A stretch of DNA of 20,000 nucleotides, taken from assembly GCA_943704415.1 (NCBI GenBank), contig CALSCO010001666.1, positions 49,545-69,544 on the forward strand, given 5' to 3'. Shown here in pieces: positions 1-13,674 of this stretch. The stretch is from Parvularia atlantis (Eukaryota). Under the pieces are notes generated by a model. That model searched no databases. It saw only the letters and a list, made by a program, of their open reading frames with translations, and had not been told where the DNA came from. Position numbers and translations under genes: made by a program. The first letter of the stretch is position 1; every line of letters starts with the position of its first letter.

Positions 1-620
1 GCTCAGCGTGGCCACGAGCGCCGGGTCGGCCTGCGAGCGCCACAGCCGCGTGGTGCTCTGCGCGTCGTCGGCCGGTGGGTGAGCCGCATACGTGGTGCCG
101 GTGCAGGGGGCGGGCGCACTTCCATCGTGCTGCGCTTGCTCGGCGTGCGCGACAGCTTGGAGGGCGTGTGCGCCGAGGGCAGGGCGCGCGTGCGCTTGCT
201 GCCGCTAGCGCTGAGGGCCACGGGCGAGAACATGACGAGCGAGACGGCACGGCGCAGGGGCGTGAGCGCGCGTTCGCTCATGGTCCGGACCTTGGGTGAA
301 GCGCGCATGTGCTGCAGCAGCGCTGAGCCCAGGCCGCCCGTGCGGCGCGCCGAGGCCGAGGCCGACGCGGGCGGCGCCGGCGTGCTCGGCGTGGCCGTGA
401 CCGACTTCTTGCCCGCGGCGGGGCTGCTCGCGCGGCTGGGCGAGAGCGGCGAGCGCGTCGCGGCGGCGGCGATGCGTGGCGACTGGCGCCGGCCGCCGGG
501 CGAGAGCGCCTTGCCGATGCGCCGTGCCAGCATCTCCTCCTCCTCGCTCGCGTTCTCGTCCTGCAGGCGCGCGGGCGAGCCGCCCACCGGGGGCGTCGGG
601 GGCGCGGGCGACGTCTCCAT
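1..620 (-). CDS. 5' part of a probable Dbl-family RhoGEF (NET1/ARHGEF3-like); continues off the left edge
   Basis: ATG at 620. Exon 1 (620-120) is S/T-P-rich. Intron 119-58 (GTGCGC...CTCAC...CAG). Exon 2 reads STTRLWRSQADPALVATLS, resembling the LW...LS/T segment just before the DH domain of NET1/ARHGEF3/Rom2. PLRRAVSLVMFSPV and TPSKR resemble the NET1 N-terminus as recalled. The DH domain itself is outside the window. Confidence 0.6.
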
Positions 621-705
621 GGTGCACGTCGCTGTTTGTAAACGGTGCGCCGCGCGGTTCCAGTCGGGCCCGGGTTCAAAAAAATATTCGTAACGGTCAA
701 CGACG
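621..705. promoter_or_regulatory. 85-bp bidirectional promoter with CHR-like and Myb/MSA-like motifs
   Basis: Lies between divergent ATGs at 620 and 706. Contains AACGG (641-645), TTCAAA (= TTTGAA on -, 675-680), AAATATT (682-688) and TAACGG (691-696). AT-richer than the flanks. Confidence 0.55.
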
Positions 706-2664
706 ATGCTCAAGCGCGGCCTCGACGCGGCGGCCCCGGAAGCGATGGCCCCAGACGCGGCCGACGGCGACGCCGCCGTCGCGGGCGCGCAGCTCAACAG
801 CCTGGACACGCTCGCGCTCTACAAGCTGCAGATGCGCGCCGTGCCCGAGCTCATCGAGCAGTTCCAGACCGTGCCCGAGCTGAGCGACTTTGCCCTGGTG
901 TGCGCGCGCGGGTGTGTGCCTGCTCCCGCACCGTGGCTCACCTACGCGCGTGCGCACCTGACCCGCAGGGCGCCAGCGGCGGTGGCAGCGCCAGCGGCAG
1001 CAGCGGCAAGTCCGGCTTCCTCGCCAAGGTACGCCGCACGCGCCTCGGCACGGCCTCCCCGCTGACCCGTGGCGCAGATCAAGTCGGTCTTTGCCCTCGC
1101 CACCTTTGCGAGCTCGGCCGCGCCGGCGACGTCGTCCAAGCGCACGGGCGCGAACGAGACGACGCACGCGATGCCCATGGCCACGAGCGCCGCCGACGCC
1201 GACGCCGAGGGCCGCTGGACGCTCGGCATGCAGCTCGAGATCCTCCCCGCGACCCAGGTCGGCCAGCTGCAGGTGCCGACGGTCCTCCACCGCGCGTTCG
1301 AGTTCCTGCGCGCCGAGGGCCGGCTGGACACGCTCGGGCTGTTCCGCAAGAGCGGCCTGGCGCGGCGGCGCAAGGTGCGTCGCCCGTGCAGCGCGTCGGC
1401 GCTGCTGTCGCTCACGCGGTCGCGCAGCTGGCGATCCGCTGCATGCTCAACGACGAGCCCTTCGCTGACGGCGACGACGCGCCCACCGCGCTCGACGTGG
1501 CCGACGCCGTGAAGGAGTTCCTGCGCGAGCTGCCCGAGCGCCTCGTCAACAACGCGCTGTCGCCGATCTTTGTCGCAATCAGCATCATGCAGGACTACAA
1601 GAACGACGAGGAGACGGTGCGCCGGGCGGCGTGCGCGCGCTCGCCTCGCTGCTGACTGCACGCCCCTCCACGCAGATGCGTACGTTGCAGCTGTGCCACC
1701 TCGCCGTGCCCACCCGCGCGCACCGCGACGCCCTGCATTCGCTCGCGGTCTTCCTGGCCGACGTCGCGAGCCACCAGTCGCAGAACAAGATGGACCCGAT
1801 GGCGCTGGCCAAGGTACGCGCGCGCACGCGAGCGGGACCGCTCAAGCTGACGGCCACCGCAGTGCGTCGTGCCAAACCTGTTCCACCTGGAGGACCTGCC
1901 CGACACGGACATCGCGCTGTTCTACGAGCGCGCGGCCAAGCTGCTCGCGCGCATGATCGCCTTCCCGGGCGTCGCCTTCCAGATCCCCAAGATGAGCCCG
2001 GCCTCGGCCTCGCTCGTCCCGGCCATGCCCGCCACGCCCGGCAAGCGCGGCACGCCGAGCAAGACGAGCACGCCCAAGAGCAAGCGCCAGCGCACGGGCG
2101 AGCCCACAATCCCGCTCCTGCCCGGTGCGGAGAACTCGCCGCCGACGCCGGTCGGGTGCCACCCGGGTCTGCGCGGCTCGCCCAAGATGCCCAAGACGCC
2201 CAAGACGCCCAGCACGCCCAAGACGCCCCTCGCACGCCTGGCCATGGGCAACGCCGGGCGCACGCCCTCGAGCCGCGGCAAGGGCACGCCCGCACCCGCC
2301 GCCGCCACGACGCCCAGCGCGGCGCGGTCGACCGCTGCTGCCGCTACGCCGTCGTCGTCGCGGACGGTCGCCACGCGCTCCAAGCTGCCCTTCCCGTTCA
2401 ACATCAGCGCCCTCGGCTCTCACGAGTCGCTTCTGATGGTGTGTACAGGCACGCGCTGATGCGCACACGCCCCGCTGACCCGCCGCCGCTCGCAAGCCGC
2501 GCGGCGTCAAGGCAGGCGCGTTCGGCTCGCTCGCTGCCCCGCTGCAGTCCGTGGCCGCCGCCGCCGCATCGAGCAGCGCCGGCTCGAGCACGCCCGGCCG
2601 CATGTCCATGTTCCGGATGAGCTTCAACTTCACCAACGGCGCCGAGCGCCCCCAGTTCCACTGA
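706..2664 (+). CDS. RhoGAP-domain protein (ARHGAP11/19-like) with S/T-P-rich C-terminal tail; about 6 introns
   Basis: The spliced product has VPTVLHRAFEFL, GLFRKSG (arginine finger intact), DVADAVKEFLRELPERL and NKMDPMALAKCVVPNLF. TGA at 2662-2664. Confidence 0.9.
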
Positions 2665-2786
2665 CGCGCCAAGCGCGCGCGCGCGCGCGCTCGTCTCTGT
2701 GTCTTTGTGCCTGAATTGTGTCTTGAAACGCGCGGCGACTGCTGAAGGCTGTATAAGGGCGGCAATAATCAGGCATATGGCTTAGC

Positions 2787-6735
<3,949 letters not shown>

Positions 6736-6813
6736 GGTTGGCTGGGATCGCACAAACACGGTAACCATCAGAACGCTCGAGATCAACATAAGCACGGCCG
6801 TGCGCCGGCTCAC

Positions 6814-8287
6814 TCACTCGGTCGGCGTAAGGAACGATTGGCGCGTCTTCTTCATGTAGCGCTCGAGCAGCATTGAAAAGTCGCGCAGGACGAACGCGCA
6901 GAGCACGTTGTAGAAGAAGTCCGAGACGCGCTTGAGCTTGTTGACAATGATCGCCTCCTGCGCCGCCTCAAAGTGGTTGATCCAGTTGTCTGCACGGCGG
7001 GCCGTCGCGTCAGCGCCAGGCGGGCACGCGCAGCGCAGCGCAGCGCACTGAAGAACTGGCTCAGCTCGAAGACCTGGATGAGCAGCTCGATGTACGCCGT
7101 GTCGTCGTCGCTGCGCGCGAGGGCGCGCCGTCAGCGCGGCACAGCCGCAGCCGCCGCGTCACGCACATCTTGAGCCGCATTACGTTGGCCTGCAACCGCT
7201 CCACGGACTTTGAGATCTTGCTGCCCATCTGCGCGAGGCGCGCGCTCATGTTTTGCACGGCGACGTTCTGCGCGGTGGACGTGGCGTCTGAGCGGCGGCG
7301 CTGTCGCCACACGGCGAGCGTGAGGCACCTTCTCCTGCTTGAGCTCGCTGATGAACTTGAGCTTGCGCGCGAGCGCGTTCTGCACGTTCTCCAGCTGCGC
7401 GATGAACTCGTCCAGGTCCTGCGCGCCCCCACGCGTTCGTTATACACCCCCCCATGGCCCGCGCACGCCACCACACCCGGCCGCGCGCGCGCACCTTGGA
7501 CACCTTGTTTGTGTCCGTGAGCGTCTCGTCCTGAAGCTTCTGCAGCCAGATCAGGATCGTCTCGCAGTTGGTAAACTTGGACTCGATCGCCGTGAACTTG
7601 GCGCCCTGCTGAAACCTGACCGCGCGCGTGCGCGCGATGTGAGCGCACGGTTGCGGTGCGGTGCGGTCCGCTCGCACCAGACGTTGCGCGGCACGTAGAG
7701 CTTGGGTGTCATGTAGCCGCCGCGGGTCATCGTGAGCGCGAGCAGCTTCATGAGCCAGTACGGCCGCCGCAGCGGGTCGGACGGCGCCGTCTCGGGCATG
7801 GTCTGCGGCATCGTAAGCGCCTGTGCAGCCGACCGCGGCAGTGGCCCCGCGCGGCGCACCCCAATCGGCGGCTGCTCCTTGAACGTGAACGCTGAGAGTG
7901 AGGGTGGCGGCATGTTGCGGCCGAGCTCGGGGATGTTTGTGATGATGATGTCGACGCGGTTGGTGTAGGACGTGATCTGCCGCGGCGCAGCGCGTGAGAC
8001 GCGCACGGGGCGCCGCGGGGCGTGTCGGCGCACCGCCTCGATCAGCTTGTCGCGCTGCTCCTCGGGCACGGCCTCGAGCACCTTTTTGTTTTTTTCGAGC
8101 GCATGTGTTGGTAGCGCGCGGACAAACGGCGGGCACGTGCCCTCCCGCGCACCTGCTCGTCCAGCAGCAGGATCGCGTCCTTGTAGCACACGAGCGCCTG
8201 CTTGTAGTTGCCCTCGGCGTCGGCGCGGACCGCCTCCTCGGCGCGGAGCAGCGCGCTGCCGACCGCGACCCACTCTGTCGACGGCAT
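6814..8287 (-). CDS. N-terminal MIT-domain protein with conserved helical C-terminal region; about 8 introns
   Basis: MIT-like ALLRAEEAVRADAEGNYKQALVCYKDAILLL. RPYWLMKLLALTMTRGGYMTPKLYVPRNVW and FFYNVLCAFVLRDFSMLLERY resemble an uncharacterised fungal/protist MIT family (recalled). The last exon (6988-6814) is missing from the ORF track. TGA at 6814-6816. Confidence 0.8.
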
Positions 8288-8826
8288 CGGTCACCAAACT
8301 TTTCACGGTCGTGCTTGCGCTGCTGGTCGGCGTGCACGCGAGCGACGAGCCGACCGACGTCGTGCCGACGTGGCGCTTCTACGTCGAGCGGGACGTGGAC
8401 GCACAGCTCGCTCACGTTGCTAGCTTCATTTCTCTTCGACAGGTCCGCCGACCGCCGGGAACTGAAGCGCGTCAAGTGTTCGCGTCGCCTGTAGCTAGAC
8501 GTGTCTCCCTTGTTCTACAGGGTGTGTGTGAGCAAATGGCAATGCTGCTCACGTGGGGTGTGCACGCATTCAGTCGGCCAGTGATGCCGGCTGAGTTAGC
8601 AGCGGGCAAAGTACCGGCGCGCATTCGGATCGCACGTTTGCCATGGCGGACGGATCTGTTGTCGCACGCGCATGCCACGCTTCGCGACCTCGCACGCGCG
8701 TGCATCGGCTCGCACCCCACTGGCATTGCCCTGCCCCGCTCGTGTGCCGACTCGCGCCACCACCACCACCCGTGGCGCAGATCTGCCGGCGCGCACGAGT
8801 CGCGTGACGCGGATCGCAGCCCGGCC

Positions 8827-10976
8827 ATGGACGACTTCATGAGCGAGCTCGGGCTCGACTACGAGCTGCAGAACTCGATCCTGCAGCAGGCCGCAGCCGC
8901 GCCCTCGCAGCAGCCGGTGCGCCCCGTGCGCCCCGTGTGCAGATGTGTGCGCATGCAGACACAAGCACATGCTGACGGACACTGCCAGGGCTCGGGCACG
9001 CGCGCGGCACTGCCGCCCGGCTACAAGGTCGAGCTGGCGCAGTTCAACCTGGACACGTTCACGGCGTCGGGCGAGATCTGGACGGGTGCGCTGTCGCAAC
9101 GGCGCGACGCTGGCTGATGTGCTGCCCCGTGGTAACGGCGCACAGACCAGGAGGCCCCGCTGCTGCCGCTGGCGACGTCGACTGCGACGAGCCTGTTTGA
9201 CGTGCCGTCGCCGTTCACGTTTGGCGCCGCGGGCAGCCCCGTGCCGAGCAGCAAGAGCGTGTCGGGGCGACGCACGAGCTCGAGCGGCTTCGGCACTGCG
9301 ACACTGCTCTCCACGTTCAACGTCCCCGCACCCGCCACGCCGCAGGCTGCGGCCGGGGCCCGACAGCCGACGGCGGCGTTCAACGAGAGCTCGTGGCACC
9401 GCAACGGCGCGCTCGGGCCACTGCAGACGCTGCCCGAGGCCAACGCTGCTCCGTCACCGCTGGGCCTGCTCGGCGAGGCGGCGCAGCACCACGCGGCTGC
9501 GGCGGCTGCTGCGGCGGCGGCGACAGTGGCCCTCGGCGGGTCGTACGAGCGCCGGGCCAGCACAAGCTCGCTAAGCATGCTCGGCGACATCAGCCAGATG
9601 CAGCCGCGCGCGGCCACGGGCAACGTGCCTTCGCCCCTGCCGTCACTGCTGTGCGTGACCTGCGCAGCACACAACGCACCTCTCAAGTGCGTGCGGCAGG
9701 TGGCGCCCGGCCGTGGACTCGCCCTCGTCCGGCATGCCGCAGATCAAGTACGACGACGACGCGGACGACGTCGTGCCCGTGGCAGAGGACGACGACGACG
9801 CGACGATGGACGTCGTCGAGATGCCGCACCGTGCCCTGCCCGTGCGCTGCGGTTCGGCAGTTGCGCAAAGAGAGAACCCACACACGCACGCGCACGCGCG
9901 CCTCAGCGTAAGCCTGGACACCGCAGGTCACAGACACCGCTGCCCGTGGACGAGTCGATCATCCCGTCTGGTGTGGCGACGCGCATCCGCACGCAGGAGA
10001 CGTGATGTGACGTGTGCCCACGCGGCAGAGCTCAAGCGCAAGTGGGACGGCAGCGACGGGTCGGGCGGCGCGATCAACATGCCCACAGCCAACATCCCGC
10101 CGTCGTCCATCACGTCCGCGGGCCGTGCGGCCGCTCGTCATGCATCGACTGGGCGCGCGATGACACGCGCATCGCACGCGCAGCATCCTTCCTCTCGCCC
10201 AGCCCTACCGCGCCGGCCAGCGTAACACACCGGCCGTTGGCAGCCTCGCACGGCGAAAGGCGGCGGCGCATGGACGGTGTGCTCGCCGTGCCGCGCCCGC
10301 CGTGCTGCGCGCCGTGACCCGCTGCCAGAGGACGATGGCTCGGGCCACGACGACTCACCGCAGGACGAGCCCGCGGATGGCGAGGAGAAGAAGCGGTACG
10401 CGCACATCCACGCCGAGCAGAAGAGGAGAAACAACATTAAGCACGCGTTCGAGGACCTGCGCGTGAAAGTGTGGCGCGCTGGGCCGAGGCGCACAGACGC
10501 GCTGACGCCGCGCTTGCGCAGCTGCCGCAATACCACGACAAACCCAACGCAAGCAAGACGCAGATCCTCAAGGGCGGTGCGTCCTGGGGCGGCGGCGGCC
10601 CGGTGCGCGCACTGACTACTCTGCCCAGCCGCCGAGTACATCGGCCAGCTGCTCGCGTTCCGCGAGGAGGTGGGCGTGCTGAGGCGCGAGCTTGAGATGG
10701 CGCGGCGGGTGGCGATGAGGTGCGGCGGCAGCTGTGCGCCGAGCAGGCCGTCTTGCTCACTGCACGAACAGCACGCCGGCCGCGACACCGCAGCCGGCCG
10801 CGGTCGGCGCGCAGGCACAGCCCTCCCAGTCGATGCCATCGCCGGCCGCGCTGGACGCGCAGGCGAGGGGCGCGCGCAAGAACCCGCAGCGGCAACGCAA
10901 GGACACAGGCAGTGGGTCCGACGCGGTGCTGGCCAAGCGCCTGCCCAGTGACCACCACCGGTCGTACTACGACTGA
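8827..10976 (+). CDS. bHLH-ZIP transcription factor of Mlx/Mondo/Max type; about 10 introns; 5' end uncertain
   Basis: Spliced bHLH KKRYAHIHAEQKRRNNIKHAFEDLRVKLPQYHDKPNASKTQILKGAAEYIGQL, followed by a short zipper. Long low-complexity N-terminus from MDDFMSEL. TGA at 10974-10976. Confidence 0.85.
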
Positions 10977-11000
10977 GCCTGTATGCGCTGTGTAACGATC

Positions 11001-11709
11001 ATGACCACTGAGCAGTCGGAGGCGTCTGTGACGATCCGGCTCAACGGCGAGCCCGTGGCCGTGCCGGACGGGTTCAGCGAGCCGCCGAGCGAGGACGGTG
11101 CGGGGCGGGGCGCACACGCACGTGCGCATCGGTAGCTGATCGACCCCGCGCGCGCGTGAGCAGCGGCCCTCACGATGTTCCCGATGCCCGGCGGACCGCA
11201 GCGCGCGGGCGTTTCGGGGGCGGTGACGGGCGGGTCCGCGTCGCCCTCGGGGCGCAAGAAGGTCGTGCTGCCGCCGGGCCACTCGCACATGGACTGGGTG
11301 CGGCTCAAGAGCTCGGGCAAGAATCTGCGGGTGCGGCGGGGCTGATCGGCGCGCACGCGTCATGCCCACACGCCTGCCCTCGTCCCACCCAGGGCGTCGA
11401 TAGCGTCGGCCGGTACACCTACGCCGACATCCGCCAGCACAACAAGCCTGACGACTGCTGGATCGCGCTCAAGGGCAAGGTCTACAACGTCACGGCGTAC
11501 CTCGACTTCCATCCGGGCGGGCGGCCGCGGCTGATGGCCGTGGCCGGCAAGGACGCCACGCGGCTGTTTGGTGCGTGCGGCGCAGCGCAGGCGCAGGTGC
11601 CGCCCGCGTGGGCGCTGAGGCCGCGCGGGTTGCGCAGACGTGACCCACACCTGGGTCAACTACGACTTCCTACTCAAGGAGTGCCTCGTCGGCTTCCTCG
11701 TGCCTGAGT

Positions 11710-11711
<2 letters not shown>
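11001..11711 (+). CDS. Stand-alone cytochrome b5-like heme protein of Irc21/RLF/Ncb5or-b5 type; 3 introns
   Basis: RKKVVLPPGHSHMDW, HNKPDDCWIALKGKVYNVTAYLDFHPGG, GKDATRLFDVTHTWVN (the HxWVN second ligand typical of this subfamily). TGA at 11709-11711. A downstream alternative ATG lies near 11175. Confidence 0.9.

Positions 11712-11747
<36 letters not shown>
11711..11747. repeat. (CA)n microsatellite starting in the cytochrome b5 stop codon
   Basis: 37 nt of perfect AC alternation in the convergent 3' gap. Confidence 0.98.
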
Positions 11748-11748
<1 letters not shown>

Positions 11749-11801
11749 CGCGCGCCGTGCGAGCGTGGACAGGGCGGTACAGACAGCATACTCGGCCTCG
11801 C

Positions 11802-12688
11802 TCACGAGCTCGCAGCGCCCTCGGCCGCCGGCGGCACCAGCTGGCGCGCGGCAGGCGCGACATCAGACAGGCTGCTTGCGCGCGCCGCACGGCCCGTCGC
11901 GCACCACTTTGAAGTCGTCCGTGAAGAAGACCGAGGCGCGCGTGTTGGTCGTGAACGCAAACATCGCGTCGAGCGCCTGCGCCGGGTCCTGCGGGCACGA
12001 TACGCTCAGCACCCCCGAAGGCCCGGCGATCGCGCGACCGCCGTACGGTCGCCGTCGCGTCCGCAGGTGCCGTCGCGGTATTGTGCGCCACAAACGTCTT
12101 GTCGGACGGCGCGGCGGGCCCGTCCGCGTCGTCGTCGTCATCATCGTCGTCGGGGTCCACGCCACTCGCTGTCGCCACGGCCGCGCGCGGTGAGCACGCA
12201 CGCGGGGTCAGCGAACACCGTGCGCACCCTGCTGCGCGAGCGTCGGCCCGGTCGGCACCGCGGGCGCCTCGCTCTCGTCGGGCTGCCGCGTGCACGGTCA
12301 GTATCACACACCGCGCGCACAGCACCACGCCGCACCTTGTCCGCCGCATCGGCCGCGTCGAGCGTCAGGGCCGCCGTCGCCGCTGCGACGTCTGCGCGGT
12401 GCAGATCAGACTTGCAGTGTGCAGCGCGCGCGCACCTGTGGGCGACGCCGGCGTCTGCGCAGCCGTGTCTGCCTTGGCGGTCGCGCCGGACGTTGCTGCG
12501 GCTGCCTGCGACGTCTGTGCCCACGAGCGCACGGGGTCAGCACCGTCGTGTGTCGCGCGGCGACCGTGGCACACCAGGAACGCAAAGCAGGCGTTGCACA
12601 CGCGCTCCGGGCGGTTGTTGGGGGGCAGGCTGAACTTTTGCTTGGTGCAGTTGCCGCACGCGACACGGCCGCACTGGCGGCAGTGATG

Positions 12689-12754
<66 letters not shown>

Positions 12755-13662
12755 CTGCGATACGAGGGCAATGGGGGGCGTCGCGCGCGCACGCGGCGGT
12801 TGAGCAGCGTGAACTTGGTCGTGCGGCAAACCATGCAGTTGTCCGCGTCCTTGTCCGGGATCCAGATCGCGGCCGGGTTGGCCTTGGTGTCGCGCTCGGC
12901 GGCTGCGCAGGTCCGAGCGGCGTGAGCTGTGACCCGGCACGGCCAGTGACCGACAGCGCGCAACTGGGCAGCTTCTTGATGCACAGGTTGATGTGCGTGA
13001 TCCACTCGCGCGCCTCGTCGGGCGTGGCCGTGTACACGAGGAACGAGCGCTGCGGGTTGAAGATCTGGATCGCGCGCTCGTCGCTCGTGGCCGCGACCGA
13101 GATGTCCTACGGGGGCGCGTGCGTGGTCAGCGTGCGCGCGGCCCTCACCGGCCCGTGCGCACTTTAAGGTGCAGGAAGTGCGGCTCTGTGCGCGCGCGTG
13201 CGCGTCAGCGGTCGGCGATGGAGGGGCGCCCCGCGCGTACGCACTGTTGTAGCTCTTCTTCGAGACGAGGATGTCGGCGTACAGGAGCACGTCGGTGAAG
13301 AGGAAGAACTGGCGCGGCTTGAGCTTCTTGCTGCGGTTACCCGGCGCGGGTCGGCGGCGCACGGGCACGCGCGACGATCGATGCTCACCGGCACTGCTTG
13401 AGCAGGATGCCCTCGCCCACGAGCACGCGGCCGGGCTTGAGCAGGGGCTCCTGTGTTTTGGGTTTCGCGCGCATCGGCATCCGTCCGCACGCCTCCGCCC
13501 CGCCCTGCCGCTCGCGCGCGCCCGCTGCCGCGCCATACGCCCACGCACCGGCAGCGTCCCGAAGAACATGCTCTGGATCGTCTTGATGCGCTTCTCGTTG
13601 TCGCCCCACACGACGATGTCCTCGGCCGAGGGCACAGCCGTTGTCGTCGTCGCCTCAGCCAT
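11802..13662 (-). CDS. PLEKHF2: PH-FYVE protein, phafin-2/PLEKHF2-like, with poly-Asp motif; about 12 introns
   Basis: NEKRIKTIQSMF...[33 protein letters not shown]...KKSYNKPH (PH). WIPDKDADNCMVC...RRHHCRQCGRVACGNC...RVCNAC (FYVE). D8 at 12128-12151. The stop is at 11802-11804 if the last intron is spliced, otherwise at 11863. Confidence 0.9.
12690..12751. repeat. (TG)31 microsatellite inside a FYVE-domain intron
   Basis: Perfect dinucleotide run abutting the minus-strand CAG acceptor. Confidence 0.98.
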
Positions 13663-13674
13663 GCGTTTCACACA

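Noticed and set aside
8665..8681. ChoRE-like CACGCG-n5-CACGCT and other E-boxes upstream of the bHLH gene
   Set aside because: Imperfect match, and CACGCG-type words are ubiquitous in this GC-rich window.
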